From Tubiluchus corallicola (taxonomy: Eukaryota; Animalia; Priapulida): a DNA stretch of 64,000 bases. Shown piece by piece: positions 41,192 through 53,100 of the stretch (within the stretch, counting starts at the first letter, position 1; the number at the start of each line of letters is the position of its first letter). The stretch covers positions 1-64,000 of the forward strand of contig JAQGDQ010000996.1 in assembly GCA_030141605.1 (NCBI GenBank). The letters run 5' to 3'. The notes below the pieces were generated by a model. It was given only the letters and a program-made list of their open reading frames with translations, ran no database searches and was not told the DNA's origin. Made by a program: the position numbers and the translations under genes.

Positions 41192-44100
41192 TCACTGTGA
41201 CTGGTTTCTCAGCTGTGCTTGCATCTGACTCAACATCTGCTGCATTCGAGCAATCTATAAAATAAAATCAATTTGTCAATCAATCATTCAATTAACTAGT
41301 CAGTCTATCAGTCACATACTTAGTCACTTAGTTAATCAATCTATCAATCAAAATGATTAGCAGTATCTATAATGTCATTAGTTGCATCCAACAATTTTTT
41401 ACACAATTTGGTGCACAGCCAGTGACATTCAACACTTGTGGCAGGACCAAAACCCAGCTGATCAAAGGTAATCTTGTATGATGAGCCACTGAACCAGCAG
41501 ATGAGCACTAGCCATAAAAGGATGAGTTTACGCCTTCCTCAACAGGTGACTAACTAACCAAAATGAGTATTCAACTCGGCTGTCACTTGTCCATTCAATG
41601 GCTAAGCCTGGTTTTGTCAACTTCGGTGCTGCTCGATTGGTAAGCATTCACAGTAATAATCTCATCCTAACTTAAGGAAACTCAACTGCTAATTTTGCAT
41701 AAAGAATCTACTAATGTATATGAATTCAATACCTCTGCGTCTTTCTCTTGAAGACGTTTGTCTTGCTCGGCTACGCCATCAAAATTCTGGCACGAATCTC
41801 TTTTCAATTTCCTGAAAATGTTCATTATATTCATCATTATATAATAAGATTATAGTTTTTGCAGTTAATAACAAATATTGTTAATCAATGTTAACCGCAA
41901 AGGGGCTGCTGAGAAAACGATTGTCTACAGAAATTCAAATTGATATGATTCAATTTTAACGATTTATCTCAGATTTTGAAGTCTCTTTTCAAGCATTCAC
42001 TTGATACGTAAGTAATGTAGCCATAAAGTAAGGCGGGGGAGGGAAAGGAACCTATGACGGAATCTCATCGTGAAGGAGGGTACAGGTCTAAAACGCGTTC
42101 CGTGCCGCGGCCACGAGGTAGTTCTAGAGGCCCGCTCCTGGTCTAGCCACCTGGGAGGGCTGCCTCCGTCAACTCGTGAAAATCTCCTCGCACTCGTAGC
42201 TCCAGTTGGCGACTGGATAGGGGCCTGCGTGTGCGTTGGGGGGGCATTCCCGAGGCCACCTTTCGGTGACAAGTCCGTCAGTACTAGGTCCCTGATCTCT
42301 TCCGTTCGGAGGGGGCTGGTGAGTGCCAGTCGGCTCCTGGGTTGGAGTTTACCCGTTCTAAAAAACCACAAAACTAATGAAATGTATAAAAAAGAAAAAT
42401 CGAGCTCAGCACGGCTCACTACCCTAACAAAATTAAAACCTGCTGGGAACAAGCCGGTGAAAGCCGGATCTTCCCGTGAACCAAATTTGAAACCAGAACA
42501 GCCGGAAATTACGGAGTTCTTGGAAGAAAAGAAAACTGATGACATGCAAGTCTCTGAAAAAGGGAATCCATGGACTACAAAGACCAGTAAAGGTTCGGCA
42601 TCGTCAGAGTGTACTCTGAACACCGTACCTGCCCCAGAAGGAGTAGATACCCGGAATCCTGGTGCTCCAAATGAGCCCAGCAAGCCCGAGGAATCGAAAC
42701 CGATGGGGAAAAATCATGAAAAAAACCGGCGGAAGAAGGAAAAGAGACGACTTCTGAAAGGTGTGTCGGCTATGTCGATCGCCAATCAGGAGGAGGCTCC
42801 CACTCCTAACCCATCGGTGGTGAAAAAGAGAACGAGCAGCGCTCTCTCAACTCCAAGTCCGATCTCGAACGTGAAGCGACCCCGGGGTGACTCCGGGCAA
42901 GCGGGACGTAAGGGAGAGGAAGGTCAAAAGGGTGAAGGCACAGAAGGAAGCAGTAAGGCCTCATACGCCAAGGCTGTGAAGTCCGGCGGCCAACACCTTA
43001 AAATTACAAAAAAGGACGCGGGAGAAGACCCTCTGGACGGCTCGGATTTACGGGCAATACAGTCGGGGATCAACCGTGTCCTTCTCAGAACGGATCCGGG
43101 GTTTCTTGTCCGCATTGAGAGGACCTACCTACATGAAGGTAAAGTCCACGTCATGTGCAAGGACGAGAAAACCCTGGAGTGGGCAAAACAGCTTGTCCTG
43201 GACATTGAAAACCCATCTGTGGGCCACCCGGGGTACGAGGCGAGAGGACCGAAAGATCTTCCGCCAGCAAGGACCTTCGGGGTTTGGATTCCGGATGAGG
43301 ATGACATCAAAATCGAGGATCTGCTGACGTTGGTGGACCGATGTAATTCGGAACTCCAACGGAAGCACATGGAGGTCCGCGGCGGGTCAAAAGGGGTCGG
43401 CGGAATGCTACACGTAGTAGCGGTCTGGGAACCGTCCCTGTCAGGTCTGGAACGACTGGAGTTTGCTCCGTACGCCGGATGCAAACGAGTCACGTTCCAG
43501 TCCAAAAAGAAAAAGAAAAAGGAAAACCAAGGGAAAGCCAAGGAACCGGAAACACCTGTTCAAACGGTGGATAAGGGTCCAGAAGTGAGTACCGAGGGTG
43601 GAAAAACCCCCGACGTTGCCACTGGAACAAAGGAGCTGCCGTCTGTCGAGCAATCGCAGATGAAGGCACCCGAGTCTAGTATGGAAACGTAAATACAGAA
43701 AAGTATGGGAACAGGGGCTAAAATAAAATCCCGGCCGCAGACAGTCTTCGGTGGAAATACCCACGGTAGATTGAATGTTATTTCCGGGGACAATTTGGAT
43801 AAAATAGGTGAGAAGCCAGCACAAAGTGTCTCTGGTATTGAGTGCTGGCAAATCAATCTTCACAAAAGCAAAGCTGCGAGTTACAACTTGCAGGATGTTG
43901 TAAAACACATACGTACCGGGTTAGTCTTTGTACAGGAACCCTGGACGCACGGTGGGGAAGTTAGGGGTAAACTCCGAGGACGGTTTCCAGGGAAACCGGA
44001 ATGGAGAAAGGCCTCGGGCGTGCATTTATGCCACTCCTAACCTAAAATGCTTTTTACTTCCAGTGTTCTCGAATACAGACATTGTGGCAGTTAAAGCAAA

Positions 44101-47100
44101 AAATGTGTGCCGGGATGGAGATGAGTTCATTTTCGTCTCGGCATACATGGTGCATGATCAACCGGCTCCCCCTATGTTACTCAGGGAACTGATATCATTC
44201 GGGGACGGCGATAAAACTCCAATTATTGTGGGGACTGATGCTAATGCGCATCATACGTTATGGGGTTCCACCGATGTCAACGACAGGGGTGAGGAACTCT
44301 TGGAGTATTGTGCACGCGCTAATCTTGAGTTCTGTAATGTTGGCCGTAAACCAACGTTCCGAACAAAAACAAGAGAAGAGGTGCTAGACTTGACACTGAG
44401 GAATCTGCATGCAGGGGACATAGTATGCGATTGGTATGTCAGTGACGTGCCATCGCTGTCGGACCACATGTATATAAGATTCCTGGTGAAAAGCAGTATT
44501 TCAAAAGAAAACCCACTCATCAGGAACATCCGCCGTACTTGCTGGGAAAAGTATGCGGAAGAACTTGAGCATAAACTTCCAGAACTGAACCGGGAATACA
44601 AGGTGTCCTCCAATGAGGATATTGAGGATTTGGCTGATGAAGTTCAGGCTGCTGTTATTCATTCTTATGAAACTGCTTGCCCATTACGTAGGCAGAGGAA
44701 GAAGGATGGGAACAAATGGTGGAATCCGGAGCTAAGCCGTCTCCGCAAGGAGGCGCGCAGGGCTTGCAGGAGAGCCACTAAGACTAAAAATCAACGAGAC
44801 TGGGAAACAAGAAAGCTAACCCAGTCTATATTCAAAAATGCCGTCCGGAAGGCGAAACGCCAATCCTGGCGGAGTTTCACGGAAAAGATGGAAGATCAGG
44901 CACCAACTGCTAGGTTGGTAAAGGTCCTCCGCCGAAATAAAGCAGCGCAGTTAAGCTGTGTGTATAAAGAAGACGGTAAATTAAGCAGTTCACCGGAGGA
45001 AACTTTAAACCGGCTCCTCGACACCCTATCACCAGGGAGTCGAGTAACGGAACCAGACACATCCACAGACTTGCCTGTTTGCGCGACCGTGGATGAGGAA
45101 TTCATCGCTTCCATTTGCTCGGAAGAACGAGTGAAAGCGGCACTGTTTGAATTCCAACCTTTCAAGGCTCCGGGACCGGATGGTATATATCCAGTCCTGT
45201 TGCAGAAAGGATGGAAATACATTAAAAAACACTACCTCATGCTTTTCCAGACATGTCTCAGGTATGGTTATGTACCGAGATCCTGGAAGGAAGGGAAAGG
45301 AGTATTTTTGCCGAAACCCGGAAAGAATAGCTATTTAGAAGTCAAGTCTTTCCGGATGATAACATTAACGTCATTTCAACTGAAATGGTTGGAGAGAATA
45401 GTCCTCTATCAATTGAACGAGGATACTGAATTACAAGCAAGACTATCCAATGTGCAGTATGGCTTCCGTGCAGGCGTTTCCACGGAAACTGCTTTGCACG
45501 AGTATGTACAGCGTATTGAACGTAGTCTTGCTAAAAAGAAGCTCTCACTAGGTGTCTTTTTGGATATTGTTGGGGCATTCGATAACGTTTCTTTTAATAG
45601 CATATCCGCCGCATTGCTTGAACTTGAGGTATCGCCAGTTCTTATCCGCTGGATTGAGAACATGGTAAGGTGCCGTACAGTCCAAGTAGAGCTTTGTGAT
45701 GCCACGGTAAAGAGGGAAGTAGTAAAGGGAAACCCCCAAGGCGGAATACTGTCTCCCTTGCTATGGAACTGTGTCTTGAACTCTCTGCTTAGGGAATTTG
45801 AAGAAAATGGAATTTATGCACAAGCCTATGCCGACGACCTGGCAGTTCTAATAGCTAGTGCGAACGTATCGACGGTCAGAAGGAGGGCGCAAAATGTAAT
45901 TAACATTGCTGCTGAATGGTCCAGGAAAACTGAACTAGAATTCAGCAGTAGTAAGACCGAAGTAATCATGTTCACAAACAAGAGAAATCCAAATATTGGG
46001 GATCTCTGGATGAATGGACAGAAGCTTCAACTCTCCAATGAAGTGAAACTGCTAGGGGTAACCCTAGACAGTAAACTGACTTGGAAGAGCCATATAACAC
46101 GAGTCACCAACAAGGCGACGGCGGCACTTATGCAATGCAGACAAATTGTTGGTAAAACGTGGGGTATCCAACCGCGGATCATGAAATGGATATACACGGC
46201 AATGGTGCGTCCTTTCATGACATATGCGTGTGTGTCCTGGGTCAGCGGGTTGGAAAAAATGTACCTCAGGAAAATGCTCCAGAAATTACAGAGATTAGCA
46301 TGCTTAATGATTTCTTCAGCATTCCCAAGTACTCCTACCGGTGCATTGGAGATGTTGTTGAATATCACACCAATAGACGAGTTCATTCGGTCGGAGGCGG
46401 TCCGAGGGTCATACCGTATAGATACGGCGGGGCTCTGGACAGCGAAGACCGTGGGAACTTTTGGTAAGTCTAAAAGTCATATCGATGTGTGCAATAGCTA
46501 TAGGCGCGACCTCCAACTGTTGCATATGCCGGGTGATTTAAGAAAAAGAACACGCGTGTTTGAAAGAAATTTCGAATGCCAGATTCAGGAAAGAGAAATC
46601 GCTATCAAATCGGAAGGCGAAATGGATAGGAACTGTGTCAGGTGTTATACCGATGGTTCCAAACTGGACGGAAGGATCGGTGCAGGTATACGTATCGAGT
46701 ATCCGACTGAGTCCAGAGTATTGGAGGAGTTCTTCTATCTTGGGAAATTGAGTACTGTTTTCCAGGCAGAAGTTTTCGCCATCTCACAAGCGGCGGAGAT
46801 AATGTCTTCGGAAGGACTCCAGAATCAATCAATAGTCATCCTGTCAGACAGCCAGGCGGCTATTAAAGCTACTGAAAACAATACAGTAAAATCTATCTCG
46901 GTTTTACGATGTGTTGAAAACTTGAACATACTTGGAAAAAGAAACCGAGTCTTGGTTACATGGATTCCTGGACACGAAGGAGTACATGGTAACGAAGAGG
47001 CGGACAAACTTGCTAAAAAGGGATCTGAGCTCTCTCCGGAGGGACCAGAACCCTATCTGCCCGTCCCTTACGCTAGCTGTGTCTACGCGATTAAGGGATG

Positions 47101-50100
47101 GAGTCTAAAACGATGGGAAACGTCGTGGAATAATCGTGAGGACTGCAAGAGAACAAAGGAACATGTGGGCTGGGCCTCGGCCCGAGTCTGCAATAGGCTC
47201 CTGAGTCTCAGTAGAACTCAACTCAACATGGTTATACAGGTCCTAACCGGACACTGTAATCTCCAAAAACATAAAAAAACCACTTGTCGAGCACAATCCG
47301 CGATTTGCCCGAAATGTGGTCAGGAAGACGAAACACCGGACCATCACGTGGGACGATGCACCGCCTACCAGGGTGCTCGTATCAAATGTCTGGGAAATAA
47401 AAATACAACACTTAGAGCAGCTGTAGAGAATTTAAACCTGAAAAAACTAGCGGCGTATCTGAAGCAAGCTGGAAGGCTTGCCGAGTACGACCAATAGACG
47501 TATAGCAGTGAATAATTGCAATGGGCCTGTTGAAGGCCTCAGCAAAGTGTCGGGGGGTGGGATTTCTCCATCCTATACAATCTCCCCGACACCACTGCCC
47601 CCCTAATAATAATGTAGCCATTCCTGCTTACTCAAAATGTAGAGTTATTTATTACTCAGTGGCACGTACTGTCCCGCCAGGCAGAAATTTCACTAAACAA
47701 CGTTGTCATTGATAATTTAGCACAGAGAAATACTTGAACAGACAAGAAACAATTCAATGAGGTAATGAATGTAACAGAGCTTCTCCACACACAGGTTAAA
47801 ATTAAGTTCACCGGCAAAGTAAAATAAAGTAGGATCTACAGCCATGTTAGCCATCTACTTACATTCGTTCACGCGTTGCCTGTTGCTGAGTAATTTTACT
47901 GATACAGCGAAGTCGGTAGTTTTCGTAATGCACATCGCGCGTGATTTCTTTCAAGTCCTGCATATGTGTCCTGAAACGTGAAGGAAACTTATTGATTTTT
48001 GCCACTGTAATCATTAGTTCAGTATAATCTGCAGTGTCACACCAAGCTTAATCTAAAGCACTATGTAAAGTAAAAAAAATAAGCTGGTGAAAATTGGAAC
48101 TTGTTTTAGTAAATTACATATTTTCACAAGAGAAAATAACATCTCTACTCATTCACGGTTCAGTCAGCATTTTAAAGAGAAGGGCACAAAGCTTCTGGTG
48201 ACTTAGTAATAATGCAATAATATAATTTAATTAACTGGTGTGATGTCTTAAACAGAAGTGCAAATACGAAATATAACTGCTTGTGGTGTCTTAGCAGAAA
48301 TGCAAGATTCAGCCTAACTGCTTGTCAGAAATGCGAGATTTCAATTTAACTGTGTGTGGCATCTTAGCAGAAATGTAATCATATAATCTAATGAGGTATT
48401 TCAATACAAAACTTAATACAAGATGAACACACTGTTCATATACTTTTGTCAGTAAAAAAAAATCTCTTGCGATGGAAGAAACTGTTTCAAGTGGCAAGAA
48501 AAATCCATGAACAGATTCTTTAACTTTTCACTAATTACTTAATTGATTCTTGGGGCCATTTTGCAAAGCTGTCAACAGTAATGATGTTCAGTACAGCGCA
48601 AAGTTACCCTATTAAAAATGTCCTCAATTTCGTGAAGTCCGAATGCTTCGAGTTCTCCACTTCAATAATACCCCACGGATACTGTCGACCACGTACGCGT
48701 TTACCGTTCACCTCGATCACCGTGTTGCTGGCGATGACGGCAAATGGAATGGAAGACTGAAAAATAAAAATGGAAAACATGATATAAAAGAATGAAAACA
48801 AAGTACAACAATAGCAATGTTGTATTTTTTATTAAAGCACTTGATCAGCATCGTCGGAATGATAAATTCATAAAGCAGAAGAAAAATTACAATGAGTCAT
48901 ATTTAACGAGAAAGACAAGGGAATTTTAAATCAAGTCCTAAAGTTGAGCTTATTGACAATATAACGTAAATAAAACTTTTGCTTAGTTAGTGAAGTGTGC
49001 ACTACGAATGCTCTGACTATTTTTTTATGCAACATTATCTAAACTGACTCAAAACGATTTACGCTTAAAATGGCAGTGTTAATGGTAAACATAAAAACAT
49101 TGTGACATAAAAAAATTGTGTTTCACTGCATAATTTGTTGTTCTTTATGTAACTGTCATCAGATCTCGTCATTTATGTATAGAAGGGTTGAATTTCTGCC
49201 TTCTATTTAGCTTGCTGTCTGGAGGAGGGTTTAGAGTTTCTATGCTGGAAAACGCTCAATATCGCCTAACTCGAAATATTGCCTCAAAGTCTTGTTTTTG
49301 ATCCGGTAGGATTTGAGCTATGTGGAGTTTACTGTACTAAAGATCGGATAACGGGTATACAGTAGGCAGTGTCAGTAGCCAGCAGTAAAGTCAGAAGTTC
49401 TATGCAAATAAAAAACCTAATAAACATGGAAAACAGACAGGCTTACTTATAAAGTTCTCTGCTGTCTTACTAAACAATATTGACTCTTTTAGGGCTTACG
49501 AACAATATGGAAAAGATGAACTATGTCACAATGCAAACTTGTTAACCTGTTATGCTGAATCAAGGGCTTTGAAGGAAAAGTTGAGTCTTCAGGCAGCCAG
49601 GTTTATTTCAATGTTTGCAAAAAATGTCAATGGGGATTTATTTATAAAAGTGCGATGAGTGCATCATGTAATTAGTAAAATTAATTTAAAGTCGTAATCA
49701 GTTCACACTAGGGCTCTCCCATTTTGAACACCCATTTTCCACCAATGAGCGTCATTCACCAACTAAAGAAAAGCAGCGCACTGTCAATCTCTGTCAAACG
49801 TATAATAAGTTTGCACAAAAAAAAATTGGTAGTCTATTTTGTGAGAGTTTTGCATGAACATTGGGTAAGCTGCAGAAGTTCGAATTAGTTTAAGCAGCGT
49901 ACGCTCATGAAAAGTCTCAAAGTCCACCAGTTGCGTCATAATGTCCAAGTGAATGGTGACTATCACTGCGCCTGAAATATTCTGTTTAGCGGTAATACAA
50001 AATAACTTTATTGCTTTATAGGCGAAAAAGTCTAGATGAATTTAGTAATTAAACTGCAATAAATGCCTCGTGTAACTAGTAAAATCACTTTAAAGTGGCG

Positions 50101-53100
50101 ATCACTTCATGCTTGGGCGCTCCCATTTTCAATGCGCGTTTAAGGAAAGCCACGATGCGTTTACGAAGAGTCATGAAGTCTCACAGTTACGTCATGATTT
50201 TCAAGTGAATGGTGGCAAACATCACGCATGAAAATTTCTATTCAGAGGTAGTATATTTTAAATTTATACTTCATAGGCAGTTCCTTGCAAATTTCTTTGC
50301 ATACTTTTCTAAGTTTAAGAGATAAGAGTAATATAAACCCAAGATGCTAAATGACTTGACTTTTCCTTTAATGAGCAACCAATTATGGTTTAAATTAAGC
50401 GAACCTTCATTGAACGATCTTGCTGGATAAATTCATCGTCTTCGTCACTATCACACTCTGGGAATGTATAGATTTGTATTTTATGCTTGGAAATTTCTTG
50501 CACAACCTAAAATTAATAAATAATAAATTGATAAACTTCAAAAATTAAGAAAGGAAAATTATATTACAATTAAAGCACCAAAACTGTCGTCAAAATTATT
50601 CAATGACAAATCTTCGTAATAGCAGCAAGTAATTCTGTTTAATTAATTATACAAAGTTGTCATCATTTTGCATTTGAAATATTGAACCAGTAGTTGCCAT
50701 GGTTACTCTGTGGCTAGTTTTTAATAAAGTCTAATACTGTAGATTCCCTACCCGTTCTTTTAACTTTTTCAGTTCAGCCGGTGTAAGAACATCCGCTTTG
50801 GCAATGATTGGCACCAGGTTTACTTTATCATGCAGGTGTTTCATGAATTCCACATCTACCTGCCGAAGACTAAAAAAACAAAGACACGTTGTACAATTAT
50901 TTCTGTCGCATTGCTATGCATACTGTAGAATGTTGTACAACCCAAGAAGTTGACACGACGTGACACGATGCATTGCAAAACTCATTAACTGAAAATTACT
51001 AAATTTACAAGACACTTGGAATGAATCCATTGCAATGTCACTTTTGTCAGGATTTCGAATTTTTGAAGTGCAGTTTAATAGATAAACTATTGTTCATTAC
51101 ATAAACAAATTAACAATAAGCAGGCCGTCGAGAAAATATTCGGCCCCCTCCCTCACCTGTACATGGGCAGGAAGACTATAAAATATAATAATATTCAATA
51201 ATCCTTATGTCTTAATATCTGAAGTATGTTTATTCACAGTGAACCATGATACGTCCCAGTTCATTTTCTGCTCAATAAAGGGGATTTTTTGGCCTTTTCC
51301 CTGCAAAACAACGAGTAACTTCGTCAAAATTGACTTTCATTGTAAGTTCAGCTTCAGTACTCAAATCTTTCCATGTCTACTAGCCATCACTGTGTCATTG
51401 TGGGCCTATGAGCGCTCTGCTGAGGCAACAGTTGCAGGTATTGTAAGAAGAATACGCATTTGTAGGTAAGCATCTGATTCAGATCGGCACGAATACTGGT
51501 CATGCCAATCTAAAAAATTAAATATTTATGGACCCCAGGATCTCACGGGCCTGGGCTAATGTACCGGCAGCACCCCCCTCTCCTTGGGCCTGGCAATGAC
51601 AGTAGAAAATCATCATCTAAAAAGTTTGATAAACATATTGCAATGCAATACAGAAACCAGTGAACACAATCATCAGGCACTTGTAAAAGAAGGAAAATTC
51701 TTCATCATGTAACAAGGAAGGATTATTTTACTTAAAGCATACATAGAGAAAGACAGATGCAAATGCTTAGAAATACATGTCCATCATCATCCTGCCCAGG
51801 AAAGCACTGACAGCATATGTACTCTTAACAACTAAACTGTATTTAAAATAAAATGTTTATTGATAAAAAAATTTCATGCCGGGCATCAGAGAAATGGGAT
51901 ACTTGCAAGAACATCTTTAGTTTGTACTACTTAGAAATATTGTTTGCTCAGTCTTACCCGTGCCCATAAGGTGAGATGAAGTAAAGACAACAGTGCACTC
52001 TATTATCTACGATGTTTTTCCTGTTTAACCCGCTCTCATCCTTGAAATACTGCTCAAACGACTCCTCTATGTAGTTGTGTATCGGCTGCCAACTGAAAAA
52101 TACAAACAAAATTAGGATCATCATTATTGTTGGTGGTGGTGGCACGTGACAACAACAACAACAACAGCATTGTTACAGCAACAACAGTGATTACAATGAT
52201 GACAAAAGGCGACGGCAATAATTAGCTAATGGTGACACAAAGGAAAGCAATTATGACAATGACAACAACAAGAGCAAAAAGTATGATGGTGCAACAATGA
52301 CAGCAGCAGCAACAGTAACAGCAAATATGATGACAGTGATGGTAATGTTGACAACAGCATAAAGATTATGATGATAACAGTGACAGTGAGATATGGCACA
52401 TTACATTGTGCCATACATGTTTATGGAGTGTAACAGACCAATCTGCATAAAACCACCAATCAAGTTCAGCTTTATACATAGCCAGCAAGCACATCAAAGT
52501 ACAGTGATGTCAAAGCACAGTGATGTAACTAACCAATCAAATCAAAGTACAGTGATGTAACTAACCAATGAAATCAAAGTATAGTGACGCAACTAACCAA
52601 TCAAATCAAAGTACATGTGACGACCACTGGCACCATTTTTGACTCTCTATGGTGTATTGTATAAAAGAATAAATAGTTTTGTCAGGAATGCAAAATAGGG
52701 GTTGCCTTTTACTTTATCCGAGCACGCCAGAGTTCATCACATGTGGATAAAAACAATTTTTAATACTAATTTTTTTAAGGCAAGGGGTTTTTATCCAGAC
52801 TTTTTTAACGAGGGTCCTAGTAGTTTGATTAAAACTGATGCTATTTTAGGCCATTATAATTTGTACTTAGAAATGACGAGGACGAACAGGAGGACAAACA
52901 AACGTTATTGCTTTGTTTATAAAAAAACGTGTAAAAATTATTTAGTGGTAATTTCAAAAATAATATTTCTACAAATCACTTACATACATACATATAACGC
53001 AAGAATTCAGTTAACCCCATCCCAGGTATAATAGGAAGAGAGGAGAGGATAATTACCGAAGAGTTCCATTGTCGCTGCAGCTGTACCAATGGGCTAGCCT

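Larger units (their letters stand above)
42025..47609 (+). mobile_element. Full-length non-LTR retrotransposon, I group, probably LOA clade, antisense within a septin intron
   Basis: 12-bp TSD TAATGTAGCCAT at 42013-42024 and 47610-47621, with a short (TAA)n tail. Two ORFs; ORF2 carries APE, RT, RNase H and CCHC domains. Confidence 0.93.

Noticed and set aside
42150-42240. HDV-like ribozyme suggested by TCCTCGC
   Set aside because: The flanking bases do not form P3 and no P1/P1.1/P2 arrangement could be assembled. It is reported only as a structured UTR.
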